From assembly GCA_026936335.1 (NCBI GenBank), contig JAPMXV010000017.1, positions 1 through 64,000 on the forward strand: a stretch of DNA of 64,000 bases, written 5' to 3'. The notes below the pieces were generated by a model. The model was not told the origin of the DNA, ran no database searches, and saw only the letters and a list, made by a program, of their open reading frames with translations. The translations under genes were made by a program, and so were the position numbers. Positions 9,829 through 21,129 of this stretch are shown here, piece after piece (the stretch's first letter is position 1; each line of letters opens with the position of its first letter). This stretch comes from Mantamonas sphyraenae STR306. Taxonomy: Eukaryota; Protista; CRuMs.

Positions 9829-12540
9829 ATGTCTACAGCCACTATCAGTGCTGAGGAGTTGTTCTTGGAGGCCAGAAGCAAGCTGAACAAGCGTGAGGAG
9901 CGCCTGGAGAGGTTGCGCGACCGTGTAGAGTCGTTGTCCGCGGAACTTGGCCAAGCTCGCGAACAGCTGCGACTGAGCCCACAAGGAGAGAAGGAGGCCG
10001 TGCAGAGTTTCGTGGATGAGAAGGAGAAGGAATTGGCAAAGGCAGAGAAGGAAGTGGTGGAGGCAAAGGTGGAAGTGGCGGAGGCAAAGGCAAAGGCGGA
10101 AGCGGCGGAGGCGAAGGCGAAAGAAGAAGCGGAAATCGAAAAAGCCATGGCGGAAGTCGAAAAAGCCGAAGCAAAAGTGAAAGAAGCCCAAGCGTTGCTG
10201 CTGGATGCAAAGAGAAAGGGGGATGAGGATGCTGTTGCGGTGTACCAACTTTGGGTGGATGACGCGAGAACGGGACAGCAGAAGGCCCAGGCGCACCATG
10301 AGCGTGAGTTCCTGACACCCACAATTCTTCGCGCCGCGCCATTTCGCTGACACCCGCCCACTCCCCACAGGCTTGTGGGAAGCAGCTGCACACATTTCGC
10401 CCCACGGTAGGTTCCAACGTTTCTTTGAGCCGTCCATGACGTCGCTGACACTCTGTGCATTGACAAACACGCAGTGGAGCGGGTGGAGCTGACGTCCGTG
10501 GAGCAATTTGCCGAATTGTTGGAGATGGAACCCTGCTTCGATCCCAGCAAGAAGAACACGCCTTTGGGAGACGTCATCGACACGGAATTGGCCATGCAAA
10601 TCCCACTTCAGAATCGGCAGGATGCACTGAAAAGCTTTCGTTTGCGCGCTGACTCCCAACTTCGCAAAATGACTCAACACCGGGGTGACACGGTTCTGTA
10701 CTCAGTAACTGGCATGTCTGGTACTGGCAAGTCGCGCATGCTGATGGAGCTGACGGAGGCTCTGCGACAAGTCACACAGGAAAAGGTACCGCATCTGCAG
10801 GTGCTGCCACTGCTTTTGACGCTGAACAATCAGAACGAGCCAGTTATTGAGAGGAGATGGGGTGATTATGGTCTGGGTGTGCGCATGCTGTACGACTACG
10901 CTGTTGACCGGGGTGACAAGGCTCGTCTCCGTGAGAAACACGTGGTGCAACTTGAGCAGTCGCTGGAATCGCTGCCAACACCCGTTGACGCAGCCGAGTT
11001 GATCGTTAAGCACGCACAGAGTCAGAACGGAGGTTCCCCTGTGCTTCTGTATCTTGGGTACGACGAAGTGCAGAAGCTGGCTGATCCATACAAGCCGAAT
11101 GGCAGGGTCAGGATGCAAGAGGTGATCAACTCGGCCACTGGCATTATCAACAGCGTCAGCAGGATCAGTGGTGTGTATAACGACCAAGAACATCCGTGTC
11201 GTGCCGTGGTTGCCGTTGCGGGCACACGGGACCTGCACCTGATGGGTGCCCTTGATCGCGAGTCGACATACCGCAACTTTCCGCTGGCTGTGCCCACACT
11301 CAGTCTCAAGGAATCCCTGGATGCTGTGCTCGGGTTTGCAAACTTGAAGCACGATGAAGACCATCGACATGAAGAACATCGGGAAAAAGACCATCCAGAT
11401 GAAGTCCGTCGACGTAAAGTCCTTCGCACTCTGCTGTTGCAAACTCTGCGGCAGCTGTACGGTGTGCCGAGAGCGGTTGAGGGGATTGCAAAGCTGTTTA
11501 AGCTGGTTCATTCCCTATCGCTGGATACCATTCAATCTGATCTTCAACGCGCTGTTCAAGAAATCAGGCATGACACGTACACAGCAAACTTCCCGGCAGA
11601 TCTGGCCAAAACGCTCACGCGGATGCACCTGTTCAAGGAGACAATTCAAATTGGTGACAAGGTTGGTGGAAACACTGTGCAAGAACACATGAGTTGTGGT
11701 TTGCTGGTCCACCACGCAGGCCAGGTGATGCCGATTCCCCTCGGTCTGCAAGGGAGTAAAGCGGCTAGCAAGAGTGAACTGCTCCGGCGCATCACCGACT
11801 TCAACGAGGTTGCATTGTGGCAACACTACGAGAAGCAATCACAATACTTTCACGTGTTGCGATCTCTCGCCCTGATCGAGAGCCCACCGGACTACGCATT
11901 GCTGGACGGCGACGAGTGGCACAACGGCGCCTTGAGCTTCAACCTGGACCACATCCAGTACTCCACAAACCTGAAAGCCAGGGTGACGATGGACCTGCAG
12001 GATTATAGGGAACGCTTCCCCGCACAAACAAAGACTGTGAAGGAGGAGGTGGCAAAATTGGTCCAGGCGAATCCGGATGGCCTGCAGACAAGCATGCAGA
12101 TGATGAATGGGACCAACGCACCGTTTGCAGATGTCATAGTTGTCCATCCCGCAGTCGACGGGGTGGTGGTTGAGTGCATCCAGTGCAAGTTCAGCGAGCA
12201 TGGGATTCACGCAAGCGACAAGGTGAGCCTTACACTGATCAAAAACGAGTACGAGAAAGTGATGCAGCATCAGGAGGTTGTCCGTGAGACGTTTCAGCCG
12301 CTGGCAGGCGAGAATGGCAAGGTACACATTGTGTTTGGCTTCACGAGCGTCAAGGGCCCGAAACCCGAACTGGAAGAGCAGCTGAAGGAGTGGACGAAGG
12401 AAGGAGAGAAACAGGTGTATGTGGTGCATGGTCAGAACCACACTGAGTACTACGGTGGTCTCTTGGAATCGATGATGATGATCACCGATGACAACGACGA
12501 GTCCAAAGTGCAGGAAGGCCAAGAAACCTCGGACAAGTGA
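9829..12540 (+). CDS. Crinkler/RHS-like protein: coiled-coil header, P-loop NTPase, C-terminal PD-(D/E)xK-type REase; introns 10304-10370 and 10407-10474
   Basis: Two GT-AG introns with gctgac branch sites join ORFs 9439-10350 and 10474-12540 in frame. Walker A GMSGTGKS, Walker B LYLGYDE, REase-like NAPFADV...IQCK. Confidence 0.75.
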
Positions 12541-12623
12541 CAGTGTGCAGGCATCAATGCAACACACGCAGACACACATTCATGGTTGCATTCCTTCCCA
12601 ATTGCACATTGATCCGAAGGCAT

Positions 12624-13933
12624 CGACGCCACACTGTACACCCTCCTGCACACCCTCATCGACCGCATCACCCCCCACATCACCACACGCCCCACCACCG
12701 TCGACGCCGTCAACACCCTCGACATCCCCGAGCTTATTCTTCCTGAGCCCACTGAGGAGGAGAAGATGGCCGTGGAGGATGGAGTGCCAGATGGCGTTGT
12801 GCGCAGTGGCTGGTCAAGTTGGCGCAAGAGCGAGCGCATGCACAGCAACAAGAAAGAGCACACGGCACTGCTGAAGCACATGCACACTCTGGCCAACGAG
12901 TATCCCCTCGACGACATCCCCGACCTCATGAACCTGCAGGCGCGTGTTGTCGTCTGCCATTTCACCCTGACCACGCTGGTCCGACAGATTCAGCTCGCTC
13001 TGGGCAACATTCCCCTCTCCCAGGGCGACATGGCCTTCTTCCTCACCCTTCTCGGCCGTCACATGGATCAAAAGGCATGCAGCCTTGCCATCAACTACGC
13101 CGCTCTGGCCATGGGTGTGACAGAGGCTGGGTTGAAGGTGTGTTGGCTGGAGGGGCCACACGACCACGGCGACCCCAACTACGCCCTACTCCACCTGCTT
13201 ATGACAGAGATGGACACTCTGGGTGCCAGGCCCCATTCCACCACCTGGAAGGAGCACAAGCAGACCCAGCTGTGGCTGCAGAAGGCACGACACCCTGCTG
13301 ACAACGACAGCGACCCACACTGGACACAATGTGGCTACGACCACCACCTCACCACCGCCATGGTGGATCAATGGCATCCTGAGTCTGTGCGCAGTGGCTG
13401 GGCAAGGCACAATACCAGAGAGGAGCGTGGCAGCTGCACGGCACGGGAGTTCCAGACGCTGCTGACACACATGAAGGCACGCGCAGCCAAGCACCCTCGC
13501 CCTCAGCACACACACGAGAATCAGGCACTGCGTGAGCTGATCAACAACGGCGACCTGAGTTCCCTTGTGCGACACATCATCCTGGCGCTGGGCAACGTTG
13601 GCGTGCCGCGACCTGGCCTTCTTTGTCCGCCTTTCTTAGGCCACACTTCACCTACAAGCAGGTTCAACTTGCGATCACCAATATCCTCACCCGCGGCGTC
13701 ACCTCCCTCTCCCTCAAGATCGCCTGGCTCGACAAACCCAAACCCAGCGACGCCACACTGCACACCCTCCTCCACACCCTCATCGACCGCATCACACCCC
13801 ACATCACCACACGCCCTACCACCAACGCACTCGTGAACGCCTACCCCATCCCCTCCTTCACCCTCCCCAAGCGCAAAGACCGTTCCTCCTCCTCCTCCTC
13901 CTCCTCCTCCTCAAACGCCAACGCCTCGAATGA
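12624..13933 (+). pseudogene. Subtelomeric repeat-module family, copy 3: 5'-truncated and frameshifted
   Basis: Homology starts mid-B-module (cgacgccacactg) ~80 bp after the CRN-like stop. Carries a 5-nt deletion at ~13608 (gccgc|gacc vs gccgcctgtcgacc) and further 1-nt indels at ~13632 and ~13912. Confidence 0.85.
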
Positions 13934-13952
13934 ACCACCCCTTCATTCCCAG

Positions 13953-15675
13953 TCACCCACCCCTCCCCACCCACTGCACCACCCTCTCCATCACCTCATC
14001 CGGCAGTGTCACCCATCCTTCCCACCCTCTCTCCTCCACATACTCCTCCATCCCTCCACACGCAAACATCGCCTCCCTCTCCTCCCCGTTCATCACCAAC
14101 GCCACTTCCATCGCCTCATCCACCTGTCCACCCCATCCAATCCAATGCCACGCCTTCCTCCACCCTGCCTCCCTCACCATGTCCTCCGTTTCCATCCTCG
14201 GCTTGGCACCCCACGCCCTCAACACCTCACACCACCCTCTCATCCCTTCCCTTCACAGCTCTCTCCAGCGCCGTCTCCTTCCCTTCATCCCCTGCAAACG
14301 TGTCCACAGGCACACCCCACTCCCTCAACTCTCTCATCTTCTCCACATCTCCACACTCCACAAACTCCTCGTGCTGCTTCATGTTTCTCTCCAACAGTGA
14401 CTGTAACGCGTCATCGCGAACGCCGTGGATTTTCCAGCAAGAGTGATTGCCATTCATCGCCTGAGCAAGTGCTGCGGCACCTTCGTCCCCGATGCGGTCG
14501 TACTCGAGGTTCAATGTCTGCAAGCTGCTGTTCTCACTCAGCGCCTGCGCCACTGCTGTTGCTCCTTCCGCTCCGATCATGTTCTTGCTGAGGCCTAATG
14601 AGTGCAAGCTGGTGTTCACACTCAATGCCTGCGCCAGTGATGCTGCACCTTCGTCGCCGATGCTGTTCCAGCCGAGGTCCAGTGTCTGCACGCTGCTGTT
14701 TTCACTCAGTACCCGCCCCAACGCTGTTGCTCCTTCTGCCCCGATGCTGGTTCCCACCAGATCCAGTTTCTGCAAGCTGCACTTCACACTCAGTGCCTGC
14801 GCCAGTGCTGTTGCTCCTTCGTCCCCGAATTTGTTGCTGCTGAGGTGCAGTGTCTGCAAGCTCCTGTTCTCACATAGTGCCTGCGCCAGTGCTGTTGCTC
14901 CTTCTGCCCCGATAATGTTGTCTCTGAGGTCCAGTTGCCGCAAGCTGCTGTTCTCACTCAATCCCTGCGTCAGTGTTGCTGCACCTTCTGCCCCGATGCT
15001 GTTGCTGTTGAGGCGCAGTGTCTGCAAGCTGCTGTTCTTCCTCAGTGCCAGCCCAAGTGCTGCTGCTCCTTCTGCCCCGATGCTGTTGAGGCTGAGAATC
15101 AGTGTCTGCAAGCTGAAGTTTTCACACAGCCCCTGCCCCAGTGCTGCTGCACCATCGTCTCCGATGCCGTTTCCCCAAAGATCCAGTGTCTGCAAGCTGC
15201 TGTTTGCACTCAGTGCCTGCCCCAGTGCTGTTGCTCCTTCGTCCCCGAACTTTGTTGTAGCGGAGGTCCAGTGTCTGCAGTCTGCTGTTCTTCCTCAATG
15301 CCAGCCCAAGTGCTGCTCCTCCATTTGCACCGATTCTGTTGCTCCTGAGGTTCAGACTCTGCAAGCGACCCCTGCTGTCCTCACTCAGTGCCCGCGCAAG
15401 TGCCTGTGCTTCTTTTTCTCCCAGACCAACGGAAGCAAGGTCCAATTCCTGTGTACAACGTGTCAACACACGTTCCACTCTTCCTACACACCATCACACC
15501 CACCCTACACGCATCCCTCCTTCCCTTCCCCTTGTGCGACGCACGTCACGCTCAGCAACTCCCTCCCGATATCTTTCCGCAACCTCACCGTTCCCTGAGC
15601 TTCCAAAGCTTCAACAATCCGCCCATGGTCTCGGCTCTGCAACAATTCCAGCCATTCACGTTGTCCCAAGCCCAT
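13953..15675 (-). CDS. RI/NLRC3-type LRR array + ankyrin-like repeat + C-terminal LPxE motif protein; frameshifted in this assembly, start uncertain, possibly a pseudogene
   Basis: ~11 28-aa repeats LQTLxLxxNxIGxEGAxAL (ORFs 14227-15195 and 15122-15478), then GDVEKMREL...GKETALERAVKG-RMRGWCEVLRAWGA and VTLPDEVMERVVQW. 1-nt shifts at ~15251 and ~14245. Confidence 0.7.
14460..15365 (-). repeat. 84-bp tandem coding repeats (LRR units)
   Basis: Recurrent gtctgcaagctgctgtt...ctcagtgcctgc...gctccttc motif at 84-nt spacing. Confidence 0.9.
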
Positions 15676-15966
15676 ATTTCCTGCGATACTCGCGTCAGCG
15701 CCCTCCCGATCCCTCCCTTTCTCTTTGACTCCCTACACACGTGCACACGTCCCCGATAACCCCCCCCCCCCCCTCCCCACTCCCCCCTCTCCCCCTTCCC
15801 TACCCTATGAGCCCTCTGAACTGATCGTGCGCTCAACACACGTTGGACGCCCCCCCGCACGCACTTTCTCTGCTCACACCCCGCACCACCCACCTCCGAG
15901 TTCCATCCCCTCCTCCAACAACCCCACCATGACATCATTTCGTCCATTCCCTCCTTCATTTCATCC

Positions 15967-17211
15967 TCACTTCTTGGCGCCCCCACGGTAAAACAACGGC
16001 ACCATGCTGATTGCAATCGCCGCAATCGCCAACGTCGGCCGGTACCGCACCCACGCCAATGCAATCACAATCACGCTCAGCGACAGTGAAATCACAAAGT
16101 TGACAATGCTCACACCCACCGACGCCACGGTGCTCAGGATCGGCACCCAGTCCACAAGCGTGTGCACAATCTGCGTGATCATGCTCAGGCCCAGCCACAT
16201 CAACAGCCATCCCAGGAAGCGGAACAGCCACGTCTGCATGCTGTTTGCGCTCAACGCGTTCTCAAACAGCTTCTCTGCGCTGTGCTTGCCCGTCTGGATC
16301 ATGCTCACCTCCTTGCCGCTCTGCTTGTCTGTCGCACGCGTCAGCTTGTCCGGCACCTGCAGACCAGCCACCAGGCTCACCACAGTCACCTCGTTGCCAT
16401 TCGTCACATAGCCTTGCTCGTCTGCCTCTGCCTGGTCTCCCGAGCTGCCCACCAAAAAGAACCGCACCCGCACATCGCCCACACGTGGACGAGACTCGTG
16501 CTTCGATGTGCTCACTCCCATCCGGTCGCTGTCCAGATGCAGCCCGTTCTTGGCCATCACCTTGGCGTACTTGTCGCTGAACCGCAGCTGCACCTTGTCG
16601 TCCACCTGCCGCCACAGCCGCGAGTCCACCTCGTACTCACCCACGCTCGCTCCTTCCGCCTCAAACTCCTTGTCTGCGTACGGTGCACTGCTCGGGTTTT
16701 CGTGGTCCCGCGGTTCCCGGAAGCGGCTCGAGTCTTCCACACCCGAGTGCCAACCTTTCGAGTAGCTGTACGTCTTTTCCACCCGCGTGTTCTCTCCCTC
16801 GTTGATTCTCGTCTCGCTCACCTTTTCCTTCCACTGGTACATTTCCACACGTCGCAGCAGCCGCAGCCCCGACGCACGTACATGGAACGTCCGATCGTGC
16901 AGCACCCCGCTCGACCTGATCGCCCCCGTCACATGCACCAGGTCTCCAGCACGCAGGTTCAAGGCTGCGTTGTCTGCCACACGTGGCTGGATCCCCACTG
17001 TGTTTGCACTTGCGTGCAGAAGCGCTGCTTCCGTAGCCACCGCGTTGCCCTCGTTGAACCACAGCGCCGGAAACGCCGCGCTGAAAAGCAGAAGGCCAAA
17101 CACCATCCCGCACAGGCTATCTCCCACTCGCTCCAAGTATCCTGGGTTTCGCACATACGACACGTCTGTCACAGAGTCTCGTGCGCCTCCGAATCGTCGT
17201 CGTGTTGCCAT
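15967..17211 (-). CDS. TMEM43: TMEM43 (DUF1625) family membrane protein
   Basis: [39 protein letters not shown] and AWVRYRP motifs; 1+3 TM layout. Confidence 0.9.
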   Translation of the reverse strand: MATRRRFGGARDSVTDVSYVRNPGYLERVGDSLCGMVFGLLLFSAAFPALWFNEGNAVATEAALLHASANTVGIQPRVADNAALNLRAGDLVHVTGAIRSSGVLHDRTFHVRASGLRLLRRVEMYQWKEKVSETRINEGENTRVEKTYSYSKGWHSGVEDSSRFREPRDHENPSSAPYADKEFEAEGASVGEYEVDSRLWRQVDDKVQLRFSDKYAKVMAKNGLHLDSDRMGVSTSKHESRPRVGDVRVRFFLVGSSGDQAEADEQGYVTNGNEVTVVSLVAGLQVPDKLTRATDKQSGKEVSMIQTGKHSAEKLFENALSANSMQTWLFRFLGWLLMWLGLSMITQIVHTLVDWVPILSTVASVGVSIVNFVISLSLSVIVIALAWVRYRPTLAIAAIAISMVPLFYRGGAKK

Positions 17212-17310
17212 CTTTTGCACTGGTCGCAACCCCCCTTTTTTTCGTGTTGTTTGCGTCAGCGCGTGTCATCCACTTCCGCCCCACCCTTCCCATCGCAATC
17301 CACACCCGCC

Positions 17311-18723
17311 ATGTCCACACGCGTTGAAAAAGACTCCATGGGAGAGATCCAAGTGCCCAGTGACAAGATGTATGGCGCACAGACCCAACGAAGTCTCGAG
17401 AACTTCCGAATCGCACGCGAGTACGACGTCATGCCCATTGACGTCGTCCATGCTCTTGCCACCCTCAAACTGGCCGCTGCACGTGTCAACATGCTCAACG
17501 GCCAGCTGGACAAGTCCATCGGCGACGCCATCGTCACGGCTGCCCAAGAGGTCATTGACGGCGATTTTGACGACCACTTTCCGCTTGTCGTCTGGCAAAC
17601 CGGCAGTGGCACCCAAAGCAACATGAATGTCAACGAAGTGATTGCCAACCGTGCCTCTGTGCTTCTCGGTGGCCAGCCCGGCACCAAAGACCCCGTCCAC
17701 CCCAACGACCACGTCAACCGCGGCCAGTCGTCCAACGACAGCTTCCCCACGGCCATGCACATTGCCACCGCCTGTTCCACCACAACACGTCTCCTTCCTG
17801 CACTCGTCCAGCTCACCAGCACCCTCAGTGCAAAGGCCAGCGCCTTTGACGGAATCGTAAAGATTGGCCGCACCCACCTCCAGGACGCCACGCCCATCAC
17901 CCTCGGCCAAGAGTTTAGTGGCTACGTGGCCCAACTGGAACAATGCCAGTCTCGCATTGAAACTGCTCTCGACGAGCTGTATGCCCTTGCCCAGGGAGGC
18001 ACCGCCGTCGGCACAGGCCTCAACAGCTTTGAAGGCTTCGACACGGCTGTGGCTGAAGAGATCAGTCTCCACACGGGCCTTCCCTTCCGTACAGCCGACA
18101 ACAAGTTTGCTGCCCTCGCTGCCCACGACGCCATGGTCAACTTTTCCGGCGCCCTCAACACGCTTGCCGTCGCCCTCATGAAGGTGGCCAACGACATCCG
18201 CATGCTGGCCAGTGGTCCCCGCTGTGGGTTGGGTGAGATCAGTCTCCCGGAGAACGAGCCAGGCAGCAGCATCATGCCGGGCAAGGTCAACCCGACCCAA
18301 TGCGAAGCCGTCACCATGGTCTGCGCCCAGGTCATGGGCAACCACACCGCCGTCACTGTAGCTGGATCCACGGGCCACTTTGAGCTCAATGTCTTCAAGC
18401 CTGTCATTGTGCGCAATGTCCTCCACTCCATCGCCCTCCTCGGCGACGTCATGCTCAGCTTCGACACAAACTGCGCCTCGGGAATCACAGCCAATGAGGA
18501 TCGCATCGACAGCCTGCTCCACCAGTCGCTCATGCTCGTCACAGCCCTCAACCCACACATTGGCTACGACCGAGCTGCAGAGACTGCCAAGAAGGCCTTT
18601 AAGGAAAACACCAGCCTCAAGGAGGCTGCCCATGCACTGGGTTATGTCGACCAAGACGACTACGACAACCTGGTCAACCCACAGGCCATGACAAAGCCCT
18701 TCAAGCTGAACGACGACGAGTAA
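17311..18723 (+). CDS. FH: Class II fumarate hydratase
   Basis: [37 protein letters not shown] and the signature [15 protein letters not shown]. Confidence 0.98.
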   Translation: MSTRVEKDSMGEIQVPSDKMYGAQTQRSLENFRIAREYDVMPIDVVHALATLKLAAARVNMLNGQLDKSIGDAIVTAAQEVIDGDFDDHFPLVVWQTGSGTQSNMNVNEVIANRASVLLGGQPGTKDPVHPNDHVNRGQSSNDSFPTAMHIATACSTTTRLLPALVQLTSTLSAKASAFDGIVKIGRTHLQDATPITLGQEFSGYVAQLEQCQSRIETALDELYALAQGGTAVGTGLNSFEGFDTAVAEEISLHTGLPFRTADNKFAALAAHDAMVNFSGALNTLAVALMKVANDIRMLASGPRCGLGEISLPENEPGSSIMPGKVNPTQCEAVTMVCAQVMGNHTAVTVAGSTGHFELNVFKPVIVRNVLHSIALLGDVMLSFDTNCASGITANEDRIDSLLHQSLMLVTALNPHIGYDRAAETAKKAFKENTSLKEAAHALGYVDQDDYDNLVNPQAMTKPFKLNDDE

Positions 18724-18765
18724 ACCAACCAATCACCCCCTCCCCCCTTCCTCCCCTTACCGACC

Positions 18766-19565
18766 ATGTACGCAAAGTCAGGATGGGTTGGCAAGATGCC
18801 CGTGGTGGACGACAACTCTGCCCGCACAGATTGGACAAAGAACCCGGACAAGCAACACACCGGCGCCGGGATTCAGATCGCAGGCAAATCCACAGCCGCA
18901 AACGCACGCATCAACAGGAAACGCGCCGCACGCAAGAACAAGAATGTGGTGGTCATGTACAACGACAGGGAGCGCACAGAATACCTCACAGGCTTCAGGA
19001 AGCGCAAGGACGAACGACGTCGCGTGGCCCAGGAGCAACTCCAGGAAAAGGCGCGTCTGGAGCGCAACCGCGACCGCCGCGAACGTCGCGAGGCCAAACG
19101 AGAGGGTGTGCCTGAGGAGTTGGTGGAGCAGTTTGAAGAGTTGAACCGCAAGGAGGAGGAGAAGGACAAGGAACGGGTGGCGCATGTTGCCAAGTTTGCC
19201 CAGGCCGAGCTCACCACCACCGTCACCACCATTGGTCTGCAAGACGACGACACCCTCGATGACCTTGTCCAGCACGACCACTCCAATCTGCTCCCGCGGC
19301 CCATTCCCGCCGAATACACCCACGCTGACGACTCGGAAACCCAAAATTCCGGACCGGCCAAACGCAAGGCTCCCGCCGCCAAGGATGCTCGCACAAAACG
19401 CCTGCAGCCTCCTCCCACGAGTACGTGCCAGGCTTTGGCGACGAGCCAGAGAGCGACAAGCAGGCATCCCAGCCCAACAAGAGGAGGCGGCGTGGCAAAC
19501 GCGGTTCCAAGAAGAGCAAGAAGAACGGCCCACGCCAGGGTCTTGGCAAAGGAGTGCTCATTTGA
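18766..19565 (+). CDS. NOL12: Nucleolar protein 12 / Rrp17 family; probable 1-nt assembly frameshift at ~19397
   Basis: R.EYLTGFRKRKDERR motif. The basic tail KRRRRGKRGSKKSKK lies in the -1 frame and ends at TGA 19563-19565. Confidence 0.85.
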
Positions 19566-19609
19566 CACACACAAATACATTACCTGGTCACCCTTAGGGT
19601 CACCCTCCA

Positions 19610-21046
19610 CTATTGTTCCATGTACCCTCCACGTCTCCTCCCTCTCCCTCCACGCTTCTTCCTCTTCTGCGGCTCCCGAAACAACATGTCCCCCATATCC
19701 ACCACACCCCCGCTTCCAATCAGCGGCAGATGCCCCTCTGCCATTGTCTTGGGTTTCCTCATCACCGCAGCCTGCTTCCTTGTGCTTCCCATCACCTGTT
19801 CACCCTCCTCCTCCTCCTTCTTCGCCTCCTCCTCCCTCTCCTCCCCATACTTCCCACGTCCCACATGCCTGATCCCCTCTGCTTCCTTCCCCGCTCTCCC
19901 CATCCCCTGTCTGCTCCCTTTGTACACGTGTCCTTGTTGCCGAGCATACGCCGCCAACCCGCCCCCATACCTGCTCGTCGTCGTCTTGCTTGTCCGCACC
20001 TCCACTGCCACACTCCACGGATCCTCTGTGGCCACATTGGGTGTCTCCAGTGTGCTCACCTTTACATCTGACCGTGCACGCCCGGCCTCCGCCAGTCTCC
20101 TCCGCAACCCGTCAATCTGGCCTCGCAACGCCTCAATGGTCGCATCCTTCCCATCCACCTCCTCCTGCATCTTGTCCAGCTGCCCTTTCAGCTGTGCACG
20201 CTGCTCATGGGCTGCCTGTTCCCTCTCACGCGTGTGTTTCAGCAGTGCCTCGTGTTCCTTGTTCTTCAGCGCCACCTGCACCTTGAGCAGCTCATTCAGT
20301 TTTTCCAGCTTCTGTGGCCTTGAACTCATCTCTTCCAACGCCTTTTCCTGTGCCTTCAGCTTGTGTTCCACCTGTTCCTTCTCCTCCTGCACCGCCTCCA
20401 CCTGCTTCCGCAACGCCACAATCTCGCTCTGCAGCCGCCTCTGAGCCACCTTGTATCCCTCCTGCCTCTCCTTCAGGTGTTCCCTCAGTTCTTCAATGGT
20501 CCCCTGCAGCTTTGCATGTGCATCCACCCGCTTGTCTCCCTCTTGCCGATCGAAAATGGCCTGCATCTTCACCTGTGCTCTGCTCTTTTCCACATCGTAC
20601 TCCAGCTGCGCTATGCACTGCTTCAGCTACGCATTCACCCACACACCATCCCATGCATCCAATACCGTGTCAGTCTCCTCTCTCACTCTGCATCATACGC
20701 CAAGCGCACCCCTTCCCTTTCGTCCCAACCGTTACCCATCACCACCCACCTTTTCCCGTTCAATCGCCCACTGTGCACGTGCTTCGCTCATTTGCTGCCT
20801 CGTATGCTCCAATTCCCTCTCGTGTAACCTCCTCTCTGCCTCCACGGCCTCCATGCGTCCACTGTGCGCCTCAAACGACAAGTTGGCAACTTTTGTCTCC
20901 AACGCCTGAATCTCCTTCCCGGCCTGCGCGTATGCATTGCTCAACGACCGGTTCTGTGCCCTCAGGCTCTCCACCACGCTTTCCAGCTGCCCAATCCTCT
21001 CTCTCTCCTTGACATGAAACTCATAGCACTCTGGTTTCTCCGCCAT
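19610..21046 (-). CDS. Coiled-coil protein of unknown function; one intron ~20627-20749
   Basis: ORFs 20732-21118 and 19610-20593 join through gtgggt...gcgtag. Heptad-rich E/K/Q/R/L sequence. Confidence 0.7.
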
Positions 21047-21129
21047 CCCACCAGCAAAGACGAAGCCTTTCCTCACCCGGCGCACACACACACACACAAT
21101 GTACAAAAATGCCAACACCTCACCTCACC

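Noticed and set aside
257-13933. HeT-A/TART-like telomeric retrotransposon array (head-to-tail copies, 5' ends towards the telomere, truncated proximal copy)
   Set aside because: No reverse transcriptase, Gag zinc knuckle, poly(A) tail or target-site duplication; the genes carry a probable spliceosomal intron.
14460-15365. CRISPR-like regularly spaced repeats
   Set aside because: The 84-bp units are in-frame LRR codons without unique spacers; eukaryotic context and no cas genes.
16162-17250. Long N-terminal extension of fumarase in the ORF track (853 aa)
   Set aside because: It is the stop-free antisense shadow of TMEM43. The same applies to most overlapping ORFs in the track, which result from high GC and strand skew.
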